Assembly: GCA_000708835.1 (NCBI GenBank)
Contig: DF237269.1
Coordinates: forward strand, 39,061 to 103,060
DNA length: 64,000 nt
From: Klebsormidium nitens
Taxonomy: Eukaryota > Plantae > Klebsormidiophyceae
Direction: 5' to 3'
The position numbers and the translations under genes are program-made. This document shows, piece after piece, positions 26,133-40,300 of the stretch (its first letter is position 1; each line of letters begins with the position of its first letter). The notes below the pieces were generated by a model. The model worked only from the letters and a program-made list of their open reading frames with translations. It did not search any database and was not told the DNA's origin.

Positions 26133-27301
26133 ATGGCGTACCTTGAACAAAGAGAAAAGAAGGAGCTGGATGCAATTGAACGGCAGGTGTCTGCTGCTCT
26201 TCAACAAGTTGAGAAAGCTGAAGTCTTGCTGCAGAGAGAGGAGGCCAAAGCAGGTGACGCGCCTTTCCCTGATATTCATGGTTGAGCCACCACGCACTGT
26301 ACCTCCTTTCAAGTATAAAGATGCTCGTAGTACTGTGTATAGGAATAGCTAGGCTGGCATGTTTGAATGTGGAGTTATACTAGAGTTCCCGCTTAGGCGG
26401 AGCAGACCAGTGGAAGTTCCAAACCATTGTAGATCAGAAACTTTACTTAGGAATCAACTCAGGATTGCGTTGGTTGCGAGGGCGCTATGGGCCTCGTACA
26501 TTTGTTCAGGCCAAATCTACCTGACGCCGCTCCGGTCATTCGGTCGAACAATCACTTGCAGGAAGCACAGAACCAAGCATGAGCATACAACATTTTTTTT
26601 CAGCAGAGACCATGATTCTTCTGAAGATATCCGAAGGGCCGCAAGGCTGATCACAATGAGTGCATGCTGGAATGGTACTTTTCCTTTTCTCTGAATGGCC
26701 CTTCGTATCTGGTCTTGACTCCCTTCTGCCATTCTCTTGCAATTCACTGGAGGATCAGTGCCAAAATTATGCCCAGTTGCTCCTGCACATCTCACAATTG
26801 CGACCACGCTAAGAGTAAATAATTGAGTGACCTTTTCGATCAAGCCTCGCCTTGTCTGCTGACAAGTACTGCTATGTGGCTGTTTTGCAGGAAAAATTAA
26901 CGGTGAGATCGATTACGACAACGGGTCCGAGTCACTCAAGGCAGCGGTGCGAGCATACAATGCTGCTGCTTCCAAGTACACGAAGTCAATTGATTGGAAA
27001 GTTGCTTGGTTGAAAGCTCGGATTCTAGGTAAAGCTTTGGTTGTCGTCAGTACTGCCTCTCTTCAATGTTCGTTTGGTCAAGGGAGGACTCCACTGTTGG
27101 TCGTGGTTGTGGTCTGTTAGTCACGAGGACAATCGCATCAATGAGTAGACTTCGAGGAGAGGAGACTACAGCACAGCCTTGTAGTTCGGCACAAGACGTT
27201 GACTTCGTTCTTTGTTTATGCGTTCCCGTACAGGCTTCGTATTAGGACGGCTCCTGCTGGAGCATACTACGCTGTTACCTTGGAGATTCTCTTTGAGCTG
27301 A
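26133..27301 (+). CDS. Small hypothetical protein (~108 aa) with an N-terminal coiled coil
   Basis: Exons 26133-26253 (MAYLEQREKKELDAIERQVSAALQQVEKAEVLLQREEAKA), 26891-27028 and 27234-27301 join at phase 1 with canonical GT/AG boundaries. No homolog recognised. Confidence 0.4.
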
Positions 27302-28549
27302 GGAGAACCTTTGCAAGTTCGCGCACGCATCAAGAGACAGGCTGTGCAGCCAGACTGCCTTCAAGATATCCGTAGGTCCTAACATGAGCGCTCTGTCAAT
27401 GCAGCGTTTCCGCTATTCCAGTGGTTTTGTGGAAAGCCGAGCCATGCGGACCCCGCAGGTAGACTTTCCTTCCGGTCATTTCACTCATCTCCTTAGTGGA
27501 TCCACTGATGCTCGTTCCGTCTCTAGCATGCTGCAGCCGCCAATTGTTTGTTGCTTGCTTTTCCAACGCCAGAAAAGGGCCCCGTACTCAACGCATAAGG
27601 GACTGATCGTGTTCTGTCGACCTCTGCAGGCAGTCAGGATTTGAAGATCTGCTGAGCCGTTCGTCAGCCAGCCGAGCCGCGTCACCTTCTGATAGTCCAA
27701 AGTTACGAGCACTCAGCTCTTATACGAGCACTCAGATTATGGACAATCCATGAAGCAGACTGTTCCCGTACAAGCACTTAACTGAATTAGAATGCAGGGA
27801 GGGCGACTCCGACAGCGCCTCCTCTGGCACATATCTCAGGTGGTTTGATTTTGGACATACCTAGCTCCTCACTCGAGTCGTGTTGTTGTGCATATTATTT
27901 AGGATTGAAGTGGCGGCAGAGGACTCGCCTATTCAGGCCGGAGCCTGAAGCTACGACAGGTTTGATCGACATGGGAGGCGGATTTCTGTCTTCGCCAGGT
28001 CGCCTGACTCACGACTTGATTGAACTAACTTCAAGCCTCTGCGGTGAAAGCTGCCTAATACGTCAATCAGTCTATTTACGAATCATATGCTCGAAGAATC
28101 CTAAGGTTTATATTCAATCATGCGCCGCGCCAGGCAATGGTACACTCGACGTGTGCACTGATGGCTGTAGTACAGTCACGTTTTGACCGCAAACTGCTGT
28201 CAATAAGCGCTCAAGCGATAGAATGAACCATGCATGCAAAGCTCAACATCAGACCTAGAACAAGCATTTCTTATACAAGCCTACATAAGATAATGGCATC
28301 ATTCCATGGGCAACAAGTACGAAATCCCGGCGGCCAGCATGCATGGTGTCGATCCAAGTGCATTCTCCCGCACGCTGTACTAGACGGTAAGCGATCGCTG
28401 TTGGTGATGGGCCCTCAAGCAGCTTGTCGAGGGCAACGCGCGACACATTAGTTGACACGTGGCGTCTATTTAAAGAGTCGTGCTGGGCTGTTCTTTCGGC
28501 TTGTTACGCCAGTGGAAGGGTCGAAAGGCCGCACTCTCAAGGTGCATTT

Positions 28550-31500
28550 TCAGAAATGCTGCCACTGATGCGCATCCGCCCCCTCGTCAAAACCCTGCGA
28601 TGGTCCTAGAACACTGAAGTCGAGCTGCCGCCCATACTTCTCCTTTCGCCGCTCGTCAAAAACGGCCCAACTCTCCGTCTGCACCAAATAAGGAAGCAGA
28701 ATTTCCGTTGGAGTAGTCAAGTAGCAAAGCTTGCTGAGTCCTGTGCACTTGACGAGCTGGCTGAGATTCGATCGATCTGCACTGGAAAAGTGTGCAATTG
28801 ATGTATCAGCTCGCAGCACACATGGCAGGCTTCTTTGAACTTGAATTAGAACGTCCCCGAGGCAAAACGGATGGATCCAGATGACAGACGTTCTGAAATG
28901 TTTGAGCGCAGCCCTGGCTCGAGAGACATGCACAGGGCCAATAACTCATTCCGCCAGCAACTTTCAACCTGCCTCACTTCCACTACGAGGAACACGCAGC
29001 ACGCGGATTTCTGTATGTTCATATGTTCGTGCACAATTTCGTTTAACATAGCCACTCTTCGTCTCTTACCATACTCGAGACATAGCCCAGCGCACCTCCA
29101 CACTTCTATCTCGAAAAGTTTTTCATGTGTACAAAGTGAATGAAGTTCCGCGGTCACGACTGTTCCTGTGTTCCGGAACGAAGGCAAACAACCCTCACCT
29201 CTCGTAGATTCTCCACGGTGATTGGGTTCCCGTGCAAAGCGAGCGTGCACAGAGAAGCGCAGTCTCGCAAAATTCCCGGTGGTACTGCGCTTATATTGTT
29301 GTTGCTTAGCCGCAGCGTCTGCAACGGAAGGAGACAATCAGCGATATGCAAAGGCGAGGCAATGATAAGCGAGGCCATGAAAAGTCGTGCAGGCATGAAG
29401 ACACTAAAAGGTAACTTCGTGTCAGCACCTACGACAAAATGATCCAAAAGTTTAACGAGTGCAAGGCTCAGATGGGGACAGGAGGCTCTGACCTTTAGCT
29501 TCAGGAGGGCGTTGAAACTGGACGGTATCCTGTCGACGAAGTTCCCCTCGAAATCCGCCTGCGAAATAGAGCACGCTCCTTGAGCTCGGGAAACGCCGAG
29601 CTTTGAGTCGTTACGTTTGCGCACGTCTTGTTTATTGCATTATCTTGTTCGTTTCCAAGGTGCCAATCTGGACTGGTTGTAGCCAAGGACCAGCTGATAA
29701 AGTCCTAGAATCTGAAACAGAAGAAGAGAACGTTCTGGTTACAAATATAAACCCCGACATCACAAAAGGGAAGAGCTTTAACGAACGTAGCAGCGGTTTT
29801 GGGGTGGACGATGCGTCAAGGAAACATTCGAATGCTTTTTCTTTGCGAAGCCTCAACCGACGTTTTCACCACTTGAAGAATATAACGGGAAAGCGTACTT
29901 CAAACCGGCTAGCTTCTCATTGAACCCTAGATACTGACGGTACGGCAGATCCACTGAACCTGTCCGTACTCCATGAGTCGTTTTTCTCTTGGAATCGACC
30001 GGTGGAGACGACTTATTGTGTTTCCAGCTAAAACGTGGCCAGTCAGAAAGGCGGAGCATCTCACTCGTCCAAGCGGCTTAAATCCTGGAGCGCCTGATGA
30101 AGCCGCGTTACTCATTTTTCAGCCTGAGAAGCTCCCGGTGCAATGTTAAGCTCTTACCTCAACTAGGGAAGAGCAGCTTCCGAGCGTGGTCGGGAGCTCC
30201 TTGAGCCTGCAGTTGAACGCCAATGAACGGTTGAATTTCTCAATGTTTTAAAGAAAGATCGTAAACGACGGATAAACGCTTGTACAGGCTTTCGTCGGCC
30301 TTGAAGCATTATCTGGTGTATTATCACCGCTCAATATTCTCATATAAGACCCAAAAAAATCACCGTCGCACAGTAAGGATACGGGAGGACTCAGCATCTA
30401 CCACCTTCCTGGAAGGGCTCGACAAACTCCTCAGATCAGAGGACGTCTTTGGAAGGCCACTCATCACGAACTCAGACAGTCTACGCATCAAACACGACCA
30501 TGTCAAGCGCACGGGTCCCTGCTTACTTGTTACTCGCCGCCTCCAGCCTTTCCAGCCCGGTTAAGCGGCCAATCTCTTCCGGAAGACTCTCAAGTTGGTT
30601 GTGGGAGACGTTGAGATGGCGGAGCGATTGCAGGTGGCCTATCAATGGAGAGGCGGAGAGCAGTCTGCATGTGCACTGAGCGCTGTTACATCGCAACAGA
30701 ACCACGCCTGATAGTGGCCAAGCTTATCGATGCTTCTGTTCTTCTTCAAGCTTGTTCTAAGTCGTTCCTTTTTGAATACACAGCGTAGATGCATACCACA
30801 GAGGAGTGCCCCAAAGCTGTATCCTGATAAATGCTTCAGAGCAACGCAGTATGCCCTAGAATACTGGCGGAATATAACGTACTTATGTCTACGGCTTTTT
30901 GTGCTGAAATAACGTTGTTGAGATCTCGACCGTTATGTCATGCAAAGTGCGCATAGTTGAGAACTCCAAGAATCATCAGAGAACATGGACGCCTCAGATT
31001 TAAGGTGCTATGTACCTTCGGATTTTGTTAACTTCGTTACCCAGTGATACTTTGCCCAATTGAAGACTCACCTGTTGTCGTCCAATGCTAGAACAGTGAG
31101 CTGTCGTAGGCCGCAAAGTGCTTCCCAGGGGACTCCCTCCGAAGTGAGCTGGTTATAGCTTAACCGGAGACGCTGCAAAACACAATTCTTCTTCAAAGCT
31201 ATCCAAAAGGAACAGTGATTTCGTTTTTCTGGTCGTTGATTGATGCCGATGACAGGGGACCACAGTTCTTCGTAGGCGATTCTTGGAGGTTATGTTGCGG
31301 TCTCCATTTCACCAATAATTGCAGCTGTTTCAGAAAATATTGTGAAGGAAATAGGTAGAAAATGGAGGAGACTCCGATCTAGAAGGTCAATTCGAGACAT
31401 TGATCATGCGAATGACAAGACTCGCCTCAGATAAGTTCCGGCTCAGAAGATCATCATATTGGCAGTCAGGAACATGACCAGTCCTCTTCAAGCAGCTCTG

Positions 31501-32985
31501 CAACTGAGCATAAGAATCCTTCCTGAGCCAATGAGTATTTGAAAAACATTTCGCTCACCTGGAGTTTTGCGAGGTGGCCCAGCAAAGGCGGAAGCTTCTG
31601 CAGAACGTTCCCTCCTAGATCCAAGACTCGCACTGCTTCGCCGACTTTCCATGCGGTGCTCGGTACCGCTTCTAGACCAGCGTTGTGAAAGGATACAACG
31701 CCTGTCTGTTCCCAGGCCTTTTTGCGTGCCTCTTCTTGGCTCAAACTTAGTGGTGGCTGAGGCCTCGGTCTCTTTGGCGGTGCGGCTCTTGGTGCTGCCG
31801 CCTTTGTGGAAGGATTGGTCGCCTGTAACACAGAAGAAGAGAGATTGTATGCCAGCTCATCCTCTTGAATTAACAGAGAACCTGCGTATGCAACCACTCC
31901 AAGAGTTGCTTGCTGAGAGGGTTCAGAAGGGATAGCTAACCTACCTAATCAGCTATTGCGAATGGGATGTGAGCTTCTGGTCAGGGCAACTCTAAGGCAA
32001 ACGCTTCTAGACCCCGTAAAGCCAGGTCCTGGCTTAACACATAGCTTCTTTGTGTCTGCAGTACACATGCTGAGAGTTTTGCTTCTTGAGTCCCTAACGA
32101 GGACAATTGACCTGGCACTGTTAAGAAGACCTGCCTCGGCTCGCATGAGAAGCTCTTGCTGCCAATTTCAAGCTTCTTACCCCCTGGTGCACCCCCGCTG
32201 ACGCCATCAGCATGATCTTGGAGCTTGTTTCAATTCCTGCATCCTTCAACGATGAAGAAGCTGCCAGTATTTTGCCTGCCACATCAATAAAAGTCAAGGA
32301 TTCTGGTCAGTTATCTATTGGTGATACTTACATTGAAAAGCTCCCCCCACGGCAGATTGACGCCTAAGATGTGCCATCTAGGCCCGTGCCAAAGAGTTGC
32401 TTTGACATGTCTATTGAAGTTGTCTATTCGTTGTCCTCAAGGCACCACCTTATACTTCAGGCATACTTGACGCCCACCAGGCCTGTGCCATTTATGCGTC
32501 ACTTAGTCGCCCAAGACATAGATGGTGCTCTCTACACGTCAAACAAGTGCATTGATTGGTGCCATTTGCTGGCAACCTTTCTGGATCTGTTGGGGGGTGA
32601 ATTTCCTGATATACCACCACCTAAGAAACTTTCTTGAAACACTAGAAGGTTTGTCATGAGACAGTACTTTTGAAAGAGCCACTGCCACCAGCTGCCAATG
32701 CAGGCATGACGTACACATGTTGCCTGAGCTGAATAACACAATACCATCGCTACTCTCAAAGTAGAGTCCAAAGTCCACGGTGAATAGAAATCAGCTTTTC
32801 TTTGAAGCAGACCCGAGCTTGCCTTTGTGGATGAGCTTCTGACCCCGTGGGTGGACGTTGGTGACCTTCTGGATCGCCTCCATCAGGTTCTGAACTTTCC
32901 AACCAGCTTCAGCTTCGATAGACAACGTTTCCTTGCCATACTTTATGGTCACCGTGAGCATCATCTGCGGTGGGGACTCCATCAT
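28550..32985 (-). CDS. Ubiquitin-like domain + leucine-rich repeat protein (Arabidopsis At2g30105-like), 9 exons
   Basis: Exons 32985-32823, 32275-32181, 31822-31559, 31172-31072, 30664-30527, 30206-30158, 29558-29493, 29318-29199 and 28678-28550. UBL domain: LTVTIKYGKET...TNVHPRGQKLIHKGKIL...KIMLMAS.GVHQG. LRRs: VRVLDLGGNVLQKLP, LRHLNVSHNQLESLPEEIG, LRLSNNNISAVP. C-terminus FDERRKEKYGRQLDF...FDEGAD. Confidence 0.93.
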
Positions 32986-33174
32986 CAGCACCACAGGCAA
33001 AAAAAGAACACGCTTTGCAGTCAGGAAATTATCAACATCCTTCTCAGCAGCTCACGCGAAAGCTGAGAGGCTGGAGGCGCAATCTCATGCATTACAGGCA
33101 GGTCAGCACTTCCGAGGAAGCTGCCAAGCTCGATGATGGCACAATGGCGCAACGGCACAATCGCGGAGTGGCGT

Positions 33175-33204
33175 AATGCCAATGCCAATGCCAATGGCAA
33201 TGGC
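33175..33204 (+). repeat. Hexamer microsatellite (AATGCC)3(AATGGC)2
   Basis: aatgccaatgccaatgccaatggcaatggc, read directly, upstream of the UBL-LRR start codon. Confidence 0.85.
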
Positions 33205-34363
33205 GCTCAGCTCCCTCTCCAACACCAAACCGGTCCAAACGAGCTAGAGAGGCGAGGGAGACGTGCGGCCGCCAGCAGTAGCGCGGCCGCTGCCCAAGAG
33301 TGGTAATGGATTACGAACCCTGGATAGGTTCAGAAAAGCGCAGAGCGGCTGCTTTCTATATTGCAATGGCCGCTGACAGCAGCAAGCTTTCGATTAGAAC
33401 AAGTACAGTGGAGCGGTGAGTATATTCTCGGAATCTTCTAGAAGGGTGAGCAGGGGGGCCAATCGCGTCGCATCGTCTTCATGATGTTCTTGAGTTGATT
33501 CATCGTCTTCCGACTCTTCACCGTTGTGAACAGAGATCTCGGTTTGGCGGAGAAGATCGAAAAGGGTTTTCTTGATGATGCTGAGCCGCTCCTGTGCTGC
33601 AGCACTCTGTTTCTTGCCAATGGCTGCCGTAGAGGGGTTCTGCTAGCAGCAGCTGCGAGCTGTCTGGCCTGTGTGGTGCCAACAGCTCAGGAGCAGAAAT
33701 TTCCTCCCCTGCTGTTGCGATGGAGGCGCTTGGGGTTCGCGCGAGCTTCAGCAGGTACTTTTGACGAAGTGTTCAAAAGCTTTTTGTCTTTGTGGTTGCA
33801 AGTGTGTACTCGCCACACTCTTCATCATTTTGGCACCGGCCACAATGCCCTGCTGTAGACGTCAGCATGGTGCTCTCCTTGCATTCCTTTACCACTGTCG
33901 TGCAGTTGTAGACCTCACAATGTGGAAGCCCTCAGGTTGGTGTCAAATGTAGCATTTGTCAACTGTGGCTTTCAGCCTTGTTGATACCTTTTAGTTGTTA
34001 CAAATGTGCCGTCCTGGTTACTCAACTGCTCTTCACATTGCTTAGTGTCATTCTTCCGTACTCTCTCCAGATCTGAGTCCAAAGTTGGCTTTTTGACAGG
34101 TGCGACGGAGCAGGCTTCACAGTGACCACTTGCACTAGACCAAATGCCAGGTTCCAAACGGTAAGCTGTTGGTCTGCTATTCCAGTTTCATGCCAGCTTC
34201 GTTAACCTCGTGTGCTGTGGTTGTCTTTGTCGATCAAATGCTCTTGACAATGGTATAGCCCGTATCCCACCACTCTGGCTAGAAACGGCGCTTGACATCG
34301 GGGTTTCTTTGATGAATGTGCTACGGGAATTGCGCAACTCAATGGTCAGAATTTCGTGCGCAG

Positions 34364-37300
34364 GCGTCTTACCCTCTTCCGGGAAGGTTAGGCCTGGGAG
34401 AGGCGCTCCCAGTTGCAAGCAGGAAGGCATTCTTGGGCAGGTCGGGACTGTCTCAGGGGAGGTTTCCTTCCTGGAAGAATTCGCGTGGGTAAGAGTTCTC
34501 CCATATCTCAAGTGGTGGAATTCTGTACAGTCTCCCTCAGTGGGTCCACAAATTCCATACACCAGCATAAAGCAGGTTCTAGATCCCTAACGATCTACGG
34601 TCCGCAATGAATGAGGGTTTGCTCAGGAAGAATTTCTCGAAGGCCTAATTTCATATGAGTTCAAAGTCACCCAAGTTCGAAGAAATAATATCTCTCGAAG
34701 TAAGAGAATTCGAAGAAAGAGAATTTTAGCACGATCACGCGCAATACAAATTATGGTCAAGCAAAGCCCCGCTTTGGCTTGATGATGTCGCAGGTGCTTA
34801 CGTTCAGAAGCTCTGTGTCCAGGTTAGCTGACACTGATCCTGAAAACCCGCAGAACACTTTCAGACTCGTACGTACTATCTTACCTCTGATTGTTTTCAG
34901 GGTGGGAACTCAGAATTCAAGTCTTTCAAAAAGATGAAAGAAGAAAGGACAAACTGCGAATCTGCGCATTTTTTTCCCTCATTGCCTCCTTTCCCTTCTT
35001 CTCAGCGGTGTCCGGGCCGAGTCAGACTTGCCCCACAACAACGGCATCTCCCAACCCATCACAGTCCCTGCAAGCAGCACCCCTCCCAAATCCAAAAAAA
35101 GCGCCGACAAACGCGCCGAAGCAAACGTGCGTCACGCCGGAAGCGAGGGCTCCGAGTCCCGCCAAAATCTCCGCTCCGAGGAACCGTCGAGCTCGGACGA
35201 TGAATCCGGCATGCCTGCGAGCGTGCACTTGGCATCACGAGCGGCAGCGGTAGCTTTTGCGGAGGCCGCGGCACGTAATGCCGCGGCAGGGGGGGAGCAT
35301 GTTGCCGACGAGATGCCGGTGGACGACGATTTCTTACCGGGGAACACGACATTGGGGGCGCACGAGGGGGACTTTGCGGTGCGGCTGGCGAATGCGAGCG
35401 TTGCGGGGCTGACGGTGATTACCGTGCATGGAGTGGACCAGGAGAATTTGCTGGCGGACGTGTCGAGCACGTTGAGCTCAGCGGGGCTACGGTGAGGGGC
35501 TGGAGACTATCATTTCTAAGTAGACTTGGTAGGTACATATGGGCATTTAAGGTGCTTGGAAGCTTCCAACCATAACCAACCTGGTATGCGTAAGGCAGTT
35601 GGGAGAGCAGCCCCAATGTTTGAGGAAAGCACATGGTGAGGTTTTCTGTGGTGAAGGATCTAGCCGGTTCCATGTAGTGAGACGGAAACTTTACCTATGC
35701 CATTCTGGGGCCCTCCACCAAATTGCGCGCTGTGCTATATACTTGTTTCAACAGTAGGGCCCTGAAGCAGTTTTGAAGAATCTTTGGTTGAGATATGATA
35801 TTTGACCAGATTATAGCAGCACATCAAGGGATAAGCTTCCAGCCTATCGTTCCCCACCCATCGCACCATGTACCTTACATTCAATCAGTGGCATTTGCAC
35901 AGCTAGACCACCTTGAAACGGGGCTAGATCACATTGACAGCACCTGATACTCCCTTGTTCTGTCCCAACTAGTGTGGAGAGTGCCCGGGCCGACATGGAA
36001 GAGGACTCCAACCTGATCCTCGACATTTTTGTGGTGCGCGATCTGGAGACGCAGAAGGAGCTTTCCCAGGAGCGCTTTTCCGAGATCCAGGACCGCATCC
36101 TCACAAAGCTGGCGGTGCGGCGCAACCGCATGAAGCCTGTGTTGGGGGACGACCCCCGCCTCTGGGAACAGGTGCAACTTCACAAGTACACGGACTGCTT
36201 TGCTGGGTATTTGGAGGCAGTGGACCAATGTTTGATGCTGGTTGTGACTGAACGTGGATCCCTTTTCAAAGAGCATTGATTTCGTCAATCAGATGGAGCA
36301 CTAAGCTTTTTGATGCCAAGAATGAGTTGATGACAGTCAATGAGCATTGAGACAGAGTGTGTCAGCAGTGCTCTGCTGACTGCATGTATACACTTGCTTT
36401 CTGTCGGTCAATCGAGCTGAGAAATCCTGCACTGCCCATATTTCGTGCGGGTGAACCACTCTGTTAACGCGCTCTGTCCAATATCCTACCTTCTCACCTC
36501 AAGCTCAGAGAAAAGACTCTTAAGAACATTCCCCTCACGCAGGTCAACTTCCTGATTGCGACACTGGACAAGGTGGTCGTCAAGCACGCGGGCACGGAGG
36601 TGCACGAGGCGGTGCAGTATCTGATCCGCGGCTTCGACGGGCTGCGCGAGAAGGAGGACATCCGCAAGCGCGCAGAGCTGCTGCGCTACATCACGAACAT
36701 GGACTGCCCTACGGTGAGGCGATAGGCTCTGGGGTTGGTTCATGGCTTACGCGTTCAGGCCAAGGGCTTATATGGTGCTGTAAGAAAGAGCAAAGCACGC
36801 AGAGCTGCCTCGCTACATCTTGAAGGTGGACGGGTGCCGGGGTTGGCAGTGCTTCAGACCGCTGGGAGGTCATAGCTTATGCTGACTCGCCTTAAGAGAC
36901 TTTGTCAAGCCAGCAGAGTAGGGGGTGCAAGGGGTGGTCTGCAAGTTGGGGAACTTCCCGGTTAATCTCAAACACTCAAAGCACAAAATACTCCATGGTG
37001 AGCCCGCAGTTTGAGTGACGGGTACATCCCCCCCTGCTTGAGGCACAGGCCTCGTCAGTATCATCTGAAAAAGAGCATGACAGCACGATTCCCCACGGCT
37101 CTCTTTCTCAACACTCAACACACCTTCGTCATGCCCCATCCTCTTCGCTTCGCGCCTCAACATGCTCATCTCAACACACCCTTACTTCTTCCTGGTGACC
37201 ACACAAATGCCTATGCTCGAGCTAATAGCTAATTTAAGCCTTCCTTTCCATTGACCGCAGCTGAACGCCGTCGTGCGCAGCCTCTACAGCTACTCCTCCC

Positions 37301-40300
37301 TCCTCAACGCTGTTTCTCTGTCCTCCTTCCCTATCCTTCTCATATAGCATCCCCCCTGAGTCATGTGCCAACCTACTTCCCCTTCTCACTTTATGTTCCT
37401 CACTACACCCAATGCTACACCAATCGGTCCCCTCACTCCATTCGCTGCACAGCTGACGGCCATTGTATGAGTCTACTAAATCTATGTTTCCCTCGCTCCT
37501 CAACTCAGTTCTTCGTTCTCCTCCCCTCAGTCTGTCCAGGTGCTTTCCCCCCTTGAATCACACGCCAGCCTCGATCCACTCCCCCTCCTCACAATGTCGT
37601 CTCCTTGCACTCAAATCTCCTGCAGTACCGTAGTATAATCCTCACATCGTTCCCTGCGCAGGTGACGGCCGTCGTGCGCGTTCTCTACATCTACTCCTCG
37701 CTCCTCAACGTCGCCGACGAGGCCCACAAGCACCGCCTGCGCCGCGAGGAGATCTGGCTGTCCCGCGGGGCGACCCCCACGTGGGAGGGCTCCTTCGAGG
37801 GCACGCTCCGTGAATTCCGGAACGCCGACATCGGCCCCAAAGAGCTGCAGCTGCTGTTGAACCGCCTGGAGTACAGCCCGGTGTTTACGGCGCATCCGAC
37901 GGAGGCGCGGCGGCGCGAGATCCTGACGACGCTCCACCGGATCTTCTACATGTGCGAGAGGCGGGAGGACAACCGGCTGAGCCCCGCGCAGAAGAGCAAG
38001 GTGGAGCAGGAAATTGAGGCCGAGGTGAGGGGGTGGGGACATGTTTTTTGACATTTTTTGCATCTGAATTTAGGTATAGATGTTGTTAACACCTGACCCT
38101 GGGCTGCGAAGCGTGATTGCGTTTGTGAGCAGATGAGAGAAAGGCAGACTCACGTCAAGGTTCACTTCTCCCAAGCTCTACATTCGAAAGAGCCCCCTGG
38201 GGGTCTATCAGAAGAACTTACGAAGTATAGCTTTGGGGTTCGAAATATTCGAGCCCATCAGTTGTGGTGCTCGAAGATGGGTCCATCAACAGTCAAGCGT
38301 AGTGTAGCTGTATGGAAACCCGTCAGGGTAGTCGTGTGTCCTGTGTCTACTTTTGTCTGCGGGCAAGTGCATTTACACCTGCGCATATGGTCTGGCGAAG
38401 CTCTCCCCACGACTTGAACTTTCGAGCTCGACAATATGACATATGCAGCCTTATCGTGGTCACTTCCGCCATTAGAGAGCAATTCAGGTTTCCTGTTCCT
38501 GTGTTTGTTCTGCTTATTCGTGGTCAAGCGTCGAGTCGCATTGACGAGCTCCTGCAACCTGCGCCATTGTGTTTGTTACGAAATACGAACCTTCTAAAAA
38601 CCCGATTTTTAAGTCGGACGCTCAAATCTGCAGGTCTACGTGCTGTGGCGCACAGACGAGATGCGGCAGCAGAAGCCGACGGTGCTGGAAGAGATCCAGG
38701 CGGGGCTGGACTACTTCCGCTACTCGCTCTTCGAAGCAGTCTGCACCACGTACCGGTATGCAGAGAACAGCCTGGAGGTGAGCGTCCGAGATCATCTGCG
38801 CTTCTTCAAGCTCGTTGGAGGACTCACTGGAAAGTCCATTGAGCATATAGAGCTATTCTTACGCGGGCCCCTTGTAGGGGCACATTGTCATCGCACACAA
38901 TGCAGAGTAATGTGTTTCGATTTGAAAGATGAAGTTGAGCAACTTGAGCCTTACAGTCCGTTCAACGATCTCGAGTCGGCCCCTAGACGTCTGAATACGA
39001 ACCTTCAGTGAAACGTCGATGCAAGTCCTGATAGGACACTCGTCAGACGTCTCATTAGCCGTAAAATGCCGACGTGAAGAGAAAGTCCTCACAGCACTTC
39101 GCTCAAACGTCCTGATTTGATCAACACGTGGCGAGTTTACAATTTACATGTTCGCTATCATTGCAGCACGTCTACCCAAAGGCTGGCGTGACGCTGCCTA
39201 GCTTCATCAAGTTCGGCTCCTGGATCGGAGGCGACCGGGATGGCAACCCGTTTGGTGAGGGACTTTGCCGCTTTTAACGTTTTTCCTTAGGCGCACACAG
39301 TCTGTATTCCTACATGAGCAGGCGACCAAGCTACTTGGTATGTCAAACCCCTTTCTGAGATTGTGGTTACGGTACCTCCCCTTGAAGGGCGAGGGTTGGA
39401 GCGGACAGGTTGCGGTCAGATTAGGAAAAGAGGGAGAATGGCGCTTTCCGGCTGACCGAGAAAAGTTCCCCCTCTGCTCCATGACCCGCGACTCTGTGTG
39501 CAATCTTTCAAAGATGACCGAGGCAGCCACGCTCCCTCAGAGCCGCTTCGTCCACGCTTAAACTTCGCTTGTTCGTCAACACCCCTGAGTTCTGATACCC
39601 TAAACCCAGCTTATAATAACCATCATTTTGAATTCCACTCCCAACACGGCTCATCGAACCTCCCACCATTTCCCGCAGTCCTCCCAAAGACAACCGAACC
39701 TCCAGAGCCGCCTGGTGCTCACGGAGTCCATCCGGTACTCATGTAACGACTAATTTTCCAAAGTTGAGCCAAAACTTTGACCGAGAAGCTCTATCGTGCG
39801 ACGGGACCCTCTCTGACCCGCCACATTTCTGTGCAGTTCTGCCCAAGACCACCGAAACCGCGGCGCTCCTCCAGAGCCGGCTGGTGCTCGCGGAGTACAT
39901 CCGGCGTGCGCGCGCGTGCCAGGACATGCTGACGCACTCCGTCCTCATCTGCAAAGTCAACCAGGAGCTGCTGGACAGCATCGCAGAGGACAAGAAACTG
40001 ATGGCCCGGATCCCCGCGCTGAACAAGGATATTGAATTATATGCGCAAGAGCCGTACCGGCTGAAGCTGCGCATGATCCGGCACCGCTTGGAGCAGAACC
40101 TGCGGATCATAAACAAGCGGCTCAAGGCCATTGGACTGGAGGATGAGGTGAGGGGCGGCGGACGAAGATTCGATAAGCAGCGTGCCTGAGGCTATCATCG
40201 TCACGCCTCCTTATCATTGTTGAACTCCTCGAGCTGCGAATCGCCTGCGTCTAACGACGGACTGGGAAAGGAAGCATCGGGAATGCTGTTACTCACATCG

